A DNA stretch of 64,000 nucleotides from a virus, in IMG/VR virus record IMGVR_UViG_3300037193_001286, positions 1-64,000 of that record. One strand, given 5' to 3'. Positions 18,658 to 28,572 of this stretch are shown one piece after another; position 1 is the first letter of the stretch, and every line of letters starts with the position of its first letter. A program made the translations under genes and the position numbers. The notes under the pieces are model-generated. The model made no database searches. It saw nothing but the letters and a program-made list of their open reading frames with translations, and was not told the origin of the DNA.

Positions 18658-21575
18658 TACGCAGGAACCCTCCGCAATAAACCGCCCGGCCGCGACTCGC
18701 GGACTATTTCGGCTTGGATCAGCTTCTGAATGTTGGCACCGAATTGCCGCGCGCTGTCGTTGTCGGCGGCGACCGATCCGGAGCGCGACATGTCGATGGA
18801 AATGTTGCCGAGCGAGGTGGATGAATTGTCGATGTAAGCGCCGCCAGTCTTGCCGACCATGTTGCGCGGGATGACTGCCTCGCCAGCCTGTAGGATCGCC
18901 GGATACTCATTCGGCAGGAGGCCGTTGTGCAGACGCGGCGCGTTGGCAAACAGCGCTGGTGACACGCGCCGCCTCGGTCCGCTCCATGCCGGTCCAACGA
19001 TGCCGCCGCCGTGCATGGTCGGAGCTGCCGGGAATGGAAGGCCGGGAATAATCCCGCCGCCGCCGAACATCCCGCCCAAGACGCCGCCAAGCGCGTTCTT
19101 GGCGAACAGCGCCTCGATCGCCATGTTGATCAGGCCGTCGATGACGCGATCCAGCATGTTCCTGAAGGCATCACCCGCCGAAACGCCATTGCGCAAATCA
19201 TTGACGAAGCCGGAGACCGCTGTCTGCGCCGTCTGGATGATCTGTTGATTGTACCGCTCTTGTTCAGCCGACAGCTGCTTCTGGGATCGCTGGAAGGCGT
19301 CCATTTGAGCCTTCGCAGTGGCAATTGCTGTCGTCTGTTGCAGAATGGCCTGGCTTTGCGCGGTGGTGACGGTCGCCCCCTGAGTGCGCAGTTGCTGCTC
19401 GATCCTCAGAGCTTCATTGGCGGCTTCTTGAGACACCTTGTTTTGATCGATGGCGACGCTTGACGCACCGAGCTGCACTACTTGTTGCGACAGCAGCGCG
19501 CTTTCCTCGCGCAGAGATTGAATGCGCGCCTCGAAACTTTCCGCCTGTTTAGACGCCTCCTGCATCCCCTTGATGCGGCCGTATTCGTCAGCCTGTCTCT
19601 TGAGTTCGGCAGTCTCGGCAGCTGTCAGCGTCCGCCCTTCTTCCGCCGCCTTCTTCGTCGCTTCGCGGCTGAGTTCGGCGAACTTCAGAGCTGCTTCTTC
19701 CTTGGCGACCTTCTGATCGATCCCGGCGTTGATCTCGCCGCGAATGGTCGCTTGTTCCCGGAGCGCCGAGTTCTCTTCGGCGATGTCGGACGCGCCTACA
19801 GTGGCCGCTGCGCCAGAGACCTTCTGCTGAAAAGCAGCAATCGTTTCAGCGACGGTGCGACCGCCGATCAAAGTCGGATTGAGTTCCGCTACGCGCCCGC
19901 CGAGGACATCGGCCGCACGCGCGTTGGGATTGGCCGACAGGAGTTTTGTCGCACCCCCTGGTCCAAGCACATGCGCCATGTAGCGCGATACATTGTTGAG
20001 GGCGACGCCATGCTTGGTGAGGATGGCGTCGTTCTGGCGAGTGAACTCGTCGAAGGCCGCTTTCTGAACGGCGACGTTGTTCTTTTGCGCCCTGATCTGC
20101 TCTGTCGTCAGCCCTGCGAATTGAGGCAGCGATTTCAGATACGGGATCAACCCCTCAAAGGTCTTGTTGATGAACTGAAAGAGGCCGCTTGCCGATGAGT
20201 TCGGATTCTGCGCGTTTGGTCTGCCGCCAGATTCAAGCTTGGAGACGATTTTCGCGTAGTCATCAAGACCGCCGACCGCGAGGTTGGCGAAATCCATTGC
20301 CGCCTGTGTGCCGATCTCTTGCAGCGCGTTGGCTTTGGCGAGGTTGGCGGCATAGATTTCCGCCTGGCCGTTGGCGTTCGCCAGCGCGAGCCTGTGCTGT
20401 TCCAGCACTTGCTGCACCTTGTCCAGCGCTGGCTTGCCGATCTTCTCTATCGCCTCGACAGCCTTGTTGTATTCCTTCTGCGCGTCTTCCGCCCGCTTCG
20501 CCTTTTCGGCCGAACCATCAAGTCCCTTTGTTAATTGGTTCGTCGCTTTCTCGTTCTTGACGATCTCGGCGATCAGCGTGCGCATGTTCCCGATGACGTC
20601 ACGGACGTCCGGACCGGCCGTGAGGAAGGCCTTCGCCAGCGCCTCGTCGAGTTCCACGAAGCTTACCGCGCCCTTGTCGGCTTGCTCGACCATCGCCTGC
20701 AGTTCGGGCGACAGGGCGCTGAACTCTTCGGCTATTCTTGCGACGCCGATGGCGGCTTGACCGGCCGCCGTTTTCAGGCCATCCCATTCCTCGCGTATCG
20801 CCTTGATGGCGGCGGAATCGTTAGCTTCGACGGCGGCCCTCATCTTCTGGGTAAGTTCTTGGACCTTCGCCAGAGCCGCCCGGCTGGCGTTCGGATCGAA
20901 CTCCATTGACGTTTCGAAGACCTGGGTGCGGAACCCTTCTCTCAGCTTTTGATATGCATCCCGCTGGGCCAATGCATTGGCGTCGGCGACCGCCTTGCTC
21001 GTTTCCCCGAATTCCGTCAGCCCATCCATCGCATCGCCGTAGGCCTCTTTAAGACCTGAGATGACTTCGGAATGCCGCTTCCACATCTCATCCGCTTTTT
21101 CTGCTTCATTTGACGAGCTGCTGACGTATTCAATTGCCGCCTGCGTGAGGTAACCGAAGCCGAGAATGAGACCGGAGATTGCCAGCGACGCTGGACTTAG
21201 CAGCGAGCCAAATGCGCTCATGAGGCCTTTCAAGAGGCCACCCTTGCCCAGCTCGCCGACCGCCTGCTGTACCTGCCCCGCCTGCTGGACCATGATCGTG
21301 AATGGTGAGGTGCCGGATAGCAGCCCTTGAGTGATATCGTTCAGTTGGAAGGACAGGTTACGCACGCCCTGTTGCGCTTGTTTCGCTCCTTTCTCGACCG
21401 ACCTGCCGATGTTGTTCATCTGCTGATCGACCTCGCGGCCAGCGCCAGTGAAGCCCTTCTCAATGCTGTCGGTGGTCTGCTTCGTCAGAACGCCAGCACG
21501 CTTGAGGGTGTTTTCGAGGCTTTTGATATTCGCCTCAATTTGCAGGACCAGTCTGGTTTCTTCAGGCGTTGCCAT
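18657..21575 (-). CDS. tape measure protein with lytic transglycosylase domain
   Basis: 972 aa, helical; 'NLSFQLNDI...SPF..MVQQ' and SLT-like 'ESGG.PNAQNP.SSASGLFQF'. Confidence 0.9.
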   Translation of the reverse strand: MATPEETRLVLQIEANIKSLENTLKRAGVLTKQTTDSIEKGFTGAGREVDQQMNNIGRSVEKGAKQAQQGVRNLSFQLNDITQGLLSGTSPFTIMVQQAGQVQQAVGELGKGGLLKGLMSAFGSLLSPASLAISGLILGFGYLTQAAIEYVSSSSNEAEKADEMWKRHSEVISGLKEAYGDAMDGLTEFGETSKAVADANALAQRDAYQKLREGFRTQVFETSMEFDPNASRAALAKVQELTQKMRAAVEANDSAAIKAIREEWDGLKTAAGQAAIGVARIAEEFSALSPELQAMVEQADKGAVSFVELDEALAKAFLTAGPDVRDVIGNMRTLIAEIVKNEKATNQLTKGLDGSAEKAKRAEDAQKEYNKAVEAIEKIGKPALDKVQQVLEQHRLALANANGQAEIYAANLAKANALQEIGTQAAMDFANLAVGGLDDYAKIVSKLESGGRPNAQNPNSSASGLFQFINKTFEGLIPYLKSLPQFAGLTTEQIRAQKNNVAVQKAAFDEFTRQNDAILTKHGVALNNVSRYMAHVLGPGGATKLLSANPNARAADVLGGRVAELNPTLIGGRTVAETIAAFQQKVSGAAATVGASDIAEENSALREQATIRGEINAGIDQKVAKEEAALKFAELSREATKKAAEEGRTLTAAETAELKRQADEYGRIKGMQEASKQAESFEARIQSLREESALLSQQVVQLGASSVAIDQNKVSQEAANEALRIEQQLRTQGATVTTAQSQAILQQTTAIATAKAQMDAFQRSQKQLSAEQERYNQQIIQTAQTAVSGFVNDLRNGVSAGDAFRNMLDRVIDGLINMAIEALFAKNALGGVLGGMFGGGGIIPGLPFPAAPTMHGGGIVGPAWSGPRRRVSPALFANAPRLHNGLLPNEYPAILQAGEAVIPRNMVGKTGGAYIDNSSTSLGNISIDMSRSGSVAADNDSARQFGANIQKLIQAEIVRESRPGGLLRRVPA

Positions 21576-21578
21576 GGG

Positions 21579-21797
21579 CTACTGCATCCTCGTCAGCGGA
21601 ACTGGTTGCTGCTGTTGCATCCATTCCCAGATTTCATCCGCTTCCTTCGATCCCAACGATCCAGACGAGTCCTCGCTTGAGTTCGCCTTGATCCAACCTT
21701 CGACCGCTGCCATGAATTCCCACATCGACAGCCGGTCCACGTCGCGAGGCGTCAGCCCGACGACAGCTCCGGTTCCGTAAATCGCGGCAAATCTCAA
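21579..21797 (-). CDS. tail assembly chaperone, frameshifted (GT-like) segment
   Basis: 'LTPRDVDRLSMWEFMAA'; frame is open upstream to a G-GGG-GAG slippery site. Confidence 0.65.
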   Translation of the reverse strand: MRFAAIYGTGAVVGLTPRDVDRLSMWEFMAAVEGWIKANSSEDSSGSLGSKEADEIWEWMQQQQPVPLTRMQ

Positions 21798-22198
21798 TTT
21801 ACCGTTGGGGAGATCGTCGAGTCGGTCTCCCCGCTTGGTGGACTTGCCGCTTCGCTCTCCCCCAAGCCTTCCTCCGGAGCGCCGATGAGACCGGCCCCAA
21901 GGACACGCTTGGCGAGCGCCATGTTTTCCATGGGCGGCCGTTCCTCGACGTACATCTGGACGAGCTTGACGGCTCTGGCCGGGGCCATGCCGCCACCGAT
22001 CAGTCCGCAGCGGATGATTTCCCGGATGTCCTCAACCCGCCACGCGCCGGACTCCAGAAGCCCGAAGATGAACAGCGGTCCCATGTCGCGGGATTCCTGC
22101 AACATCCGGATCGCCCCGTAGTTCATGCAGAAGTCGTAGGTGCCATCGGCGAATTCGGCCGTGAACCGGGCGTTGCGAATTGCGTTCTCAGCCATCAC
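21794..22198 (-). CDS. tail assembly chaperone (GTA-gp10-like)
   Basis: 'WRVEDIREIIRCGLIGGGM'; lies between the major tail and tape measure genes. Confidence 0.75.
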   Translation of the reverse strand: MMAENAIRNARFTAEFADGTYDFCMNYGAIRMLQESRDMGPLFIFGLLESGAWRVEDIREIIRCGLIGGGMAPARAVKLVQMYVEERPPMENMALAKRVLGAGLIGAPEEGLGESEAASPPSGETDSTISPTVN

Positions 22199-22203
22199 TC
22201 ACC

Positions 22204-22902
22204 TCACGCCGGGGTCCAGACGTCGGCGATCTGGCCGTCCGATTGAGCGTTGAAGCCGAGCGTGACGCGACCACCCTGCTCCGCACCGAACGTCAGCTGG
22301 TCGACGATGAAGTCGCCAGTGAACGTCTTCATGCCGGTGGTGAACTCGATCTCGACCTTGAGCGGGATTGAGAAGGTCGAGATTGCAGCGTCGTTCCAAT
22401 CAGGCACGGACTCGGCTGCGGCAACGCCGTCGCCGGATACAGTGATCGACAGGTTCTGAACGTCGCGGGCGATCCACGATGGAGCGTCCGGATCGTCGCA
22501 ATCGGGAATATCGATCTCTTGCAGGTTCTTGGAGATTTGCAGGTTCTTGGTGGTAAGACCGCACGGCGAAGAATAGGTGATCGTGCCGCTTGGGTCAGTC
22601 ACGCCCGCTACGCCGGTCGTCTGCGCTGACGGTGCGGCGGAAAGATCGACGCCGATGGTGAACGTGTTGTTGGTCGTGTTGACGTTGGAAACCATCCGTC
22701 TGCCGTTGGCCACGGCCATGGCACCCGTCAGGCCGGAAATCTCGACCGTGTCGCCGTTGTGGAATTTGGAGATATCGGCGCTGGCGACCGTGGCGACCGC
22801 TGGATTGGCGTTCGACACGCTTGTCAGATTGACCGCCACTTCCGGATAGGAACCGAGCAGGACTCGCATCTTGCCGAATTTTGCTGTGGTAGGCTGTGCC
22901 AT
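22204..22902 (-). CDS. major tail tube protein with inserted beta domain
   Basis: 'PCGLTTK...PDCDDPDAPSW...SITVSGDG'; AAGGAG RBS. Confidence 0.8.
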   Translation of the reverse strand: MAQPTTAKFGKMRVLLGSYPEVAVNLTSVSNANPAVATVASADISKFHNGDTVEISGLTGAMAVANGRRMVSNVNTTNNTFTIGVDLSAAPSAQTTGVAGVTDPSGTITYSSPCGLTTKNLQISKNLQEIDIPDCDDPDAPSWIARDVQNLSITVSGDGVAAAESVPDWNDAAISTFSIPLKVEIEFTTGMKTFTGDFIVDQLTFGAEQGGRVTLGFNAQSDGQIADVWTPA

Positions 22903-23019
22903 GGATGAGGCTCCTTCAGAACGCCGCGTAAGTCGGCCGTTACGGGGATGGGGCGTCTCCGACGCTCCTTAAGGCCTTGCCCAAGGGCCGTTACGGGCAG
23001 GAAGGTTAGGCCCTCCAAA

Positions 23020-23430
23020 CTATGGTCTGCGCTCGATGAACGCGTTGAGATCGACGACACCGTGGCTCGTGAGGCCGTCTGGATCGCGCAGCACGCGGAT
23101 GCCACGACACTGGATCATCACCAGAGCGTTTTCGGTGAGCTGAATGTCGCGCTCATGCACGGCATTCCGGACTGCGTTGCAAATGCGCTTCGCTTCCGGG
23201 AAGCCGACCGCGCGCGACCAAACGTCCAGCTGGAAACTGATGTCGGAACCGAAAATGCAGTCGGCATCGTCCTCGACGTCGAAGGTCGGTCCGCAAGAGA
23301 TGTAAGGGAAAACCACGTTTTCCGGGACGCGATCATAGGCGCGTCTATCGACGAGCTGGACCAATTCCGGGTCGTTTCTCAGCACGTCCACGACAACACC
23401 CTGTAACTCCAGATCAGGAGAGATCGCCAT
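23020..23430 (-). CDS. tail terminator (DUF3168)
   Basis: 'YDRVP...FPYI..G...LDVWSR...RDPDGLTSHG'. Confidence 0.85.
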   Translation of the reverse strand: MAISPDLELQGVVVDVLRNDPELVQLVDRRAYDRVPENVVFPYISCGPTFDVEDDADCIFGSDISFQLDVWSRAVGFPEAKRICNAVRNAVHERDIQLTENALVMIQCRGIRVLRDPDGLTSHGVVDLNAFIERRP

Positions 23431-23963
23431 TAAGCCGCCTCCCCTTTCTGTACGCCCTGGTTCTTAAGCGCCTTCTGAACGGCAACCCTCATAGCGCGCG
23501 AGATGCGACGTTCCATATTCTTCCGCTCTGAGCGGTAGGTCGGGAAGATGTGCGGCTGCGCCGGCGAGCCTGGATGAGTGACCTCAATCGCCGATCTCAG
23601 CTGCCCGTCACGGCCACGGAAGACGAGGCGGGGCGCGTTCTTTGCGCGGATCGTGTGCGGCAGGGTGCCGAATTCAATGAAGTGCCAAGTCCACAAGGCG
23701 AAGATACCGACAGCGTTTGGATCGGTGGTCTTCCGAATGCCGCCTACCAACTTGGAATCTGGTCGATCCGCCAGCCGCGCTGCATGAATGGATTGGCGAT
23801 ACTTGCCGGTAGCACCGACCGGCGCTCTGGTCTGGATCTTCTCAGCCAGCTCGCGCCCAACCTTCATCTGCATGCCCGCAATCGCGGTGACGACGTTTGG
23901 CTCGATCTGCGCCATCCGCTTCAGGAGATCGTTGCGGCCGTTGAACTTAGCTTTCAGCGCCAT
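23430..23963 (-). CDS. HK97 gp10-like tail completion protein
   Basis: 'APVGATG...SI', 'HFIEFGT' and 'AQPHIFP'. Confidence 0.8.
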   Translation of the reverse strand: MALKAKFNGRNDLLKRMAQIEPNVVTAIAGMQMKVGRELAEKIQTRAPVGATGKYRQSIHAARLADRPDSKLVGGIRKTTDPNAVGIFALWTWHFIEFGTLPHTIRAKNAPRLVFRGRDGQLRSAIEVTHPGSPAQPHIFPTYRSERKNMERRISRAMRVAVQKALKNQGVQKGEAA

Positions 23964-24135
23964 CTTCGCTTGCCTTCGCCTTTCTGGCCGGTGCCTTTGC
24001 TTCTTCGGCGGCACCTGCGGCGATTGCCGCTTCACCAGCGGCGCGCGTCACGTTCTCCTGCCGACCGGCGCGATAGGTGATGGTCACCTGCGCTGTCGGC
24101 TTCCAGTCGAAGTCGCGATTGAAGGTAACCCACAT
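23947..24135 (-). CDS. small virion protein
   Basis: GAGGA RBS; 'VTFNRDFDW...YRAG...AIAAGAA'. Confidence 0.55.
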   Translation of the reverse strand: MWVTFNRDFDWKPTAQVTITYRAGRQENVTRAAGEAAIAAGAAEEAKAPARKAKASEDGAES

Positions 24136-24145
24136 GACACTGTCC

Positions 24146-24496
24146 TCACGTTGCAACGTTGGATTCGATCATCATTTCGAAGATCGCTTGGGTTCTGTCC
24201 TGATGGATTTCGCGGATATTGAAGACCGTGCCGCGCCGAACGTCAGTGACCTGCCAGTCCGGAGTGACCTGTTCAGTCTGGTCCGAAGCCCAGACCTGCA
24301 TCAAGACGACGCTCTTACTGTCCAGCCGTGCGGCCATGACGGTTTCGCTGCCCCTGAGATGAGTGAACTTGGCCGGTTCGCGAAACCGCTCGATCCAGTC
24401 ACCGGCAACTTCATTGCCGTAACCATCGTCCAGCATCTCGCGAGAGGAGAAGGCGACCAAGTCCTTCATCTGGCCAGCGCCGAACTTCTGCGGCAT
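24146..24496 (-). CDS. head closure / head-tail adaptor
   Basis: 'DDGYGNE...W...G.ETVMAARL'. Confidence 0.8.
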   Translation of the reverse strand: MPQKFGAGQMKDLVAFSSREMLDDGYGNEVAGDWIERFREPAKFTHLRGSETVMAARLDSKSVVLMQVWASDQTEQVTPDWQVTDVRRGTVFNIREIHQDRTQAIFEMMIESNVAT

Positions 24497-24593
24497 GGCG
24501 AATCCTCATACGGAAAACCCCGGCTGGCGGCCGGGGCGTTCTCGAAACCTATTTTTCAGGAGTACCGTATTGTTGACTCAGACGTGCGCACAG

Positions 24594-25040
24594 TCAACGC
24601 TCTTTGTCGATCAGGAGCGCAATTTCCGTCAGGTGAATCTTCAGCATATCGACAGCGGTATCACGCTCGCGGCGCGTCTTGTAGAGATCGCGGATATGAA
24701 ATCCGTCACCGCAGACCTTTGAGAGAAGCTGGAAACCGTGGACCCCGACCACCGTCCGGTAGCGCGCCAATTCCTTCTTCGCGGTATCCCTTGCCGCTAC
24801 ACGGTCGGACGTTCTTGGCGCGTTATCGACGCGTTCGAACATCATCGCCGGGCGTGACACATCGACGAACCGTTCCCAGAGATCGCGGAAGCGAAGCGCT
24901 GCGGCAACCTGCGCCGCGTCAAGAAGGCCGTGGCTGGCCAGCGAGACGATCGATGACTCCCGCATCGCGACAACGGGCGCTTTCTCCCTTTGTTGGGGGT
25001 AGTCCGTCGTCTGCGGTTTTGGGTTTCGAAGCGCCATCAA
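24594..25040 (-). CDS. hypothetical protein (DUF6456-like)
   Basis: 'GLLDAAQVAAALRFRDLWE'; followed by a hairpin near 24518-24537. Confidence 0.45.
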   Translation of the reverse strand: MMALRNPKPQTTDYPQQREKAPVVAMRESSIVSLASHGLLDAAQVAAALRFRDLWERFVDVSRPAMMFERVDNAPRTSDRVAARDTAKKELARYRTVVGVHGFQLLSKVCGDGFHIRDLYKTRRERDTAVDMLKIHLTEIALLIDKER

Positions 25041-25041
25041 T

Positions 25042-25587
25042 TCATGCCCTTGGTATCCAGTTGCCGAGAAGCAGGTCGTTCATCCATTGCGGCACCTGCT
25101 CTAGGCTGTAGGAAGCGATACTCTCGCGGTTCTCATAGAAGTATGCGGTGAGCCTCAGCGTAATATCGGTCACCGATGGCGGAAGGTTGGCCATGCTCGC
25201 AAAGCCCGCGATCAGCGTCACCTTTAGACCGGCCGGGATCGCCGCTTTGTCGAGCCGTTCGAAGTACCACCGCAAGGTCTCATGATTGGCGTAGATTCGG
25301 TACTGCGCGGTGACGTCGCTACCAAGGCTGTCCAATGCCGTCATGCCGTCAATCGGCTGGACTGGCGTCGGCAGCAACACCTTTCCGTTGGGTGGCGTCC
25401 ATTCGACGGTCCTTGTGAAGACGAACCATCCGGCGTGTCTTTCGAACAGGTCGATGGCACGCGACAAGCAGAGCCTGATGTACTCGTCATCATCGTCGAA
25501 TGTCACGCGCAGATGCGACTTGGCGATAGACAGCATATTCGCTGGGAGTGTCGCCCGGTCCACGCCGATGATCAGCCAATCGCTCAT
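25042..25587 (-). CDS. head-tail connector (HK97 gp6-like)
   Basis: 'AKSHLRV...DDEYI' and 'AYFYENRE'. Confidence 0.85.
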   Translation of the reverse strand: MSDWLIIGVDRATLPANMLSIAKSHLRVTFDDDDEYIRLCLSRAIDLFERHAGWFVFTRTVEWTPPNGKVLLPTPVQPIDGMTALDSLGSDVTAQYRIYANHETLRWYFERLDKAAIPAGLKVTLIAGFASMANLPPSVTDITLRLTAYFYENRESIASYSLEQVPQWMNDLLLGNWIPRA

Positions 25588-25591
25588 TGGA

Positions 25592-27121
25592 TCAAGCCCC
25601 TATGCTGTCAACTGTCGTCGGAATGTCGATTGCCACCCATGCGCCATTCTGTCGGACATACATCTTTCCATCGCTGGGAGCGTCGCCAATCTTGCTGGCG
25701 ATCCCGGCGTCATACGTTGTTTTGAGGACCGTTTCGGCCCATGCCAAGCTTCGACGGGCGTAAGCTTTCCCGTCGTTTGGCGCTTCGCTGGTTTTGCTGG
25801 CAATGCCCGCGTCGTAGGTGGCCTTTGTTACGGTCGCAACCCACGCCGCGCCCTGCCGTCCATAGATATTCGTGTCGTTCGGCGCATCACCGATCTTGCT
25901 GGCGATACCCGCATCGTAAGTCGCCTTTGTGACAGTCGTAACCCATGCCCCGCCCTGACGCCCATAGATGTTTGTATCGTTGGGAGCGTCGCCGATTTTG
26001 CTCGCGATCCCAGCGTCATAGGTGGTCTTCAGGACCGTTTCGGCCCATGCAAGGCTGCGGCGCGCATAGGCTTTACCGTCGTTCGGTGCCTCGCTCGTCT
26101 TGCCGTTGATTGAGGTTTGCAGGGACGCGACGGCGGCATCGTGCGTCGCTTTCGTGACCGTCACGATCCACGCCGCGTTTTGCCGCGCATAGGGGTTACC
26201 ATCAGTTGGTGCGTCTTCCGGAATACCATCGGCACCTGCCGGGCCTTGCGGCCCCTCTGGCCCTTGTGGTCCGGTTAAGCCTTGTGGCCCTTCCGGTCCC
26301 GCTGGTCCGATTGGCCCAATTTCGCCCTGCGGTCCGGCCGGACCTTGCGGACCGATCAAGCCTTGCGGCCCCGGCTCACCCTGCGGTCCAGCCGGTCCAG
26401 TTAAACCTATCGGCCCTTGCGGCCCTTCTGGCCCCATGATGCTTCTGCCGGTATCGGTCCACTGCGTGCCGTTCCACTGCCAGAGTTGGCCATTCAAGCG
26501 ATTGAGCCATGTATCGCCGAACTCCATTCCGGTCTGGACGGGATCGCCCTCGCCGGAATACATCGAAACGCCGTCAACGCCAGCGGGACCAGCTGGCCCC
26601 TGCGGCCCGGCTGCACCTTCTGGTCCCGGTGGTCCCACTGGACCCTCCGGCCCAATCGGCCCGATTTCGCCCTGCGGCCCCTGCGGTCCCGGTTCACCCT
26701 GCGGCCCGGCTGGACCGGTTAAGCCTATCGGCCCTTGTGGCCCTTCCGGCCCAATTGGTCCAATCTCGCCCTGCGGTCCAGTTAATCCCTGCGGCCCTTG
26801 CGGCCCCTGCGGACCTTGAGGGCCTGGCGGACCGGGAACGCCGTCGCCACTGCCGCCGCCGCCACCACCGCCACTGCCGGTAACGTCGCTAAGTGGCACC
26901 CATTCGCCGTAACGGCGGGCGTAAGTTTCCCCACCATCCTCCGGCACGTCTTTTACCAGCGGAATTCGCTCACCACCGATCAGGAGCTGTTCCTGTTCTT
27001 CGTCGAAAACAAGTGTCTCGCTGCCCTTCAACCGACTGTCGCCTTCCCAGACGGCAATCTGATCCTTCTTACCTGATCCGATCAGGGCTCGTTGGTGAAG
27101 GGTAAGCGGTTGATCGTTCAT
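25592..27121 (-). CDS. collagen-like head fibre/decoration protein
   Basis: Two Gly-X-Y tracts plus repeated (D/E)APxDxxxYxRxxxxW units. Confidence 0.75.
   Translation of the reverse strand: MNDQPLTLHQRALIGSGKKDQIAVWEGDSRLKGSETLVFDEEQEQLLIGGERIPLVKDVPEDGGETYARRYGEWVPLSDVTGSGGGGGGGSGDGVPGPPGPQGPQGPQGPQGLTGPQGEIGPIGPEGPQGPIGLTGPAGPQGEPGPQGPQGEIGPIGPEGPVGPPGPEGAAGPQGPAGPAGVDGVSMYSGEGDPVQTGMEFGDTWLNRLNGQLWQWNGTQWTDTGRSIMGPEGPQGPIGLTGPAGPQGEPGPQGLIGPQGPAGPQGEIGPIGPAGPEGPQGLTGPQGPEGPQGPAGADGIPEDAPTDGNPYARQNAAWIVTVTKATHDAAVASLQTSINGKTSEAPNDGKAYARRSLAWAETVLKTTYDAGIASKIGDAPNDTNIYGRQGGAWVTTVTKATYDAGIASKIGDAPNDTNIYGRQGAAWVATVTKATYDAGIASKTSEAPNDGKAYARRSLAWAETVLKTTYDAGIASKIGDAPSDGKMYVRQNGAWVAIDIPTTVDSIGA
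25650..26220. repeat. intragenic tandem repeats of ~90 bp
   Basis: Repeated '[15 protein letters not shown]' and '[14 protein letters not shown]...[12 protein letters not shown]' units. Confidence 0.75.
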
Positions 27122-28572
27122 TCACCGCGTTCCTCGTGATAACGGTCGAAGAAGCCGCGCAAACTTACAGGCTGCCGACGCCCATCCTCGAATACGAAGA
27201 TGATACCGAAATTATCAATGTCCTCGATCACCTTTTCGATACCAGGACCAGTTGGCCCTGCCGGGCCGCGCGGTCCGCGTTCGCCCTGCTTGCCGCGACT
27301 GCCTGCCTTGGCCGCAAGCATCCAGCCATCACCGGGCAGCGGTCCGGGATTGTTCCGCCGTGCCATCCAAAGCGATCCGTCCATCGCTACGAAGTCTCGC
27401 GCCCGGTAGTCGGCATCGGGATCATAGAGGCCACGCGCTTCGCCGGGGTAGGTATCCTCACCCTTGAGAGCGACTGGTGCCCAATCCTCATGCGGCGGTC
27501 GCTTCGCCGTCAGGCAGCGCGCCGCCCATGTCGAGCCATCGCAGTGAACAAGCACGCCTTTCTCGTAAGCCCCGCCTTCCTCCCATACGAGAGGAGGATC
27601 GAAGGTGCCGCGTTCACCTTTTTCACCGCGTTCGCCCTTTGGGCCGGGTGGCCCTGCTTCGCCGCGCAAACCGCGAGGACCGGTTTCGCCTTGCGGTCCG
27701 GGATCGCCGCGTTCGCCGCGCTCACCCCGCTCGCCTTGCGGTCCTGGTTCGCCTCTCTCTCCTCTTTCACCGGCTGGACCGGTTTCGCCGCGCTCGCCTT
27801 TTTCACCGCGCTCGCCGCGTTCACCGGGATCGCCCTTTTCCCCCTTCTCACCGGGATCGCCACGTTCACCGGGTTCACCGCGCTCACCCTTTTCGCCTTG
27901 TGGACCTTGCTCGCCGGGCGGACCTTGCTCGCCGTCCAGCCCAGCCGGGCCGGGTTCACCTTGCGGCCCCTGTTCACCGGGATCACCTTTTTCACCTTTT
28001 TCGCCGGGTGGCCCCTGCTCGCCCTGCGGACCGGGTTCGCCATCCTTGCCAGCTGGACCAGCCTCACCGGGTTCACCCTTCTCACCCGGTTCACCTTGCA
28101 AGCCCCGCTCGCCCTGCGGACCGGGTGGTCCTGCTTCACCGGGATCACCGCGCTCGCCGGGTTCGCCGCGCTCGCCTTGTGGCCCTTGCTCGCCGCGTTC
28201 GCCAGCCGGACCTGTTTCGCCCGGATCGCCGCGCTCGCCCTTCTCACCCTGCTTGCCTCTTTCGAGCGCAGTCACGACTGCCAGTTTCTCGCGGATGTCG
28301 AGTGATAGTTCGCGGAAGTTTTGACGTTGTGTGTCGTGCTCACTTTCCATGCACACGACAACACGTTCCACCACGTCTGCGGTGATCTCCTCGATGAGGC
28401 CGTCAAGGCGCGTGCGCAGTTCGTCGGCGGTCCTGCCGGTTTCTTCTTCCCGCGCCATGATCTGATCAGCGATCTCGCGGACTTCATCGATACGGGCGTT
28501 CAGCTCCTTTTCGGCTTCACCTATTGCGAGGCCGCATGCCCTGAGAATGTGATCCTGGTCAAGCCGCATCAC
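27118..28572 (-). CDS. collagen-like protein with N-terminal coiled coil
   Basis: About 70 contiguous Gly-X-Y triplets and C-terminal carbohydrate-binding-like W/Y motifs. Start uncertain (28572 or 28602). Confidence 0.75.
   Translation of the reverse strand: MMRLDQDHILRACGLAIGEAEKELNARIDEVREIADQIMAREEETGRTADELRTRLDGLIEEITADVVERVVVCMESEHDTQRQNFRELSLDIREKLAVVTALERGKQGEKGERGDPGETGPAGERGEQGPQGERGEPGERGDPGEAGPPGPQGERGLQGEPGEKGEPGEAGPAGKDGEPGPQGEQGPPGEKGEKGDPGEQGPQGEPGPAGLDGEQGPPGEQGPQGEKGERGEPGERGDPGEKGEKGDPGERGERGEKGERGETGPAGERGERGEPGPQGERGERGERGDPGPQGETGPRGLRGEAGPPGPKGERGEKGERGTFDPPLVWEEGGAYEKGVLVHCDGSTWAARCLTAKRPPHEDWAPVALKGEDTYPGEARGLYDPDADYRARDFVAMDGSLWMARRNNPGPLPGDGWMLAAKAGSRGKQGERGPRGPAGPTGPGIEKVIEDIDNFGIIFVFEDGRRQPVSLRGFFDRYHEERGE

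Noticed and set aside
27136-28385. Long + strand ORFs with SPRSP or Arg-rich repeats
   Set aside because: These are antisense shadows of the collagen Gly-X-Y codons.
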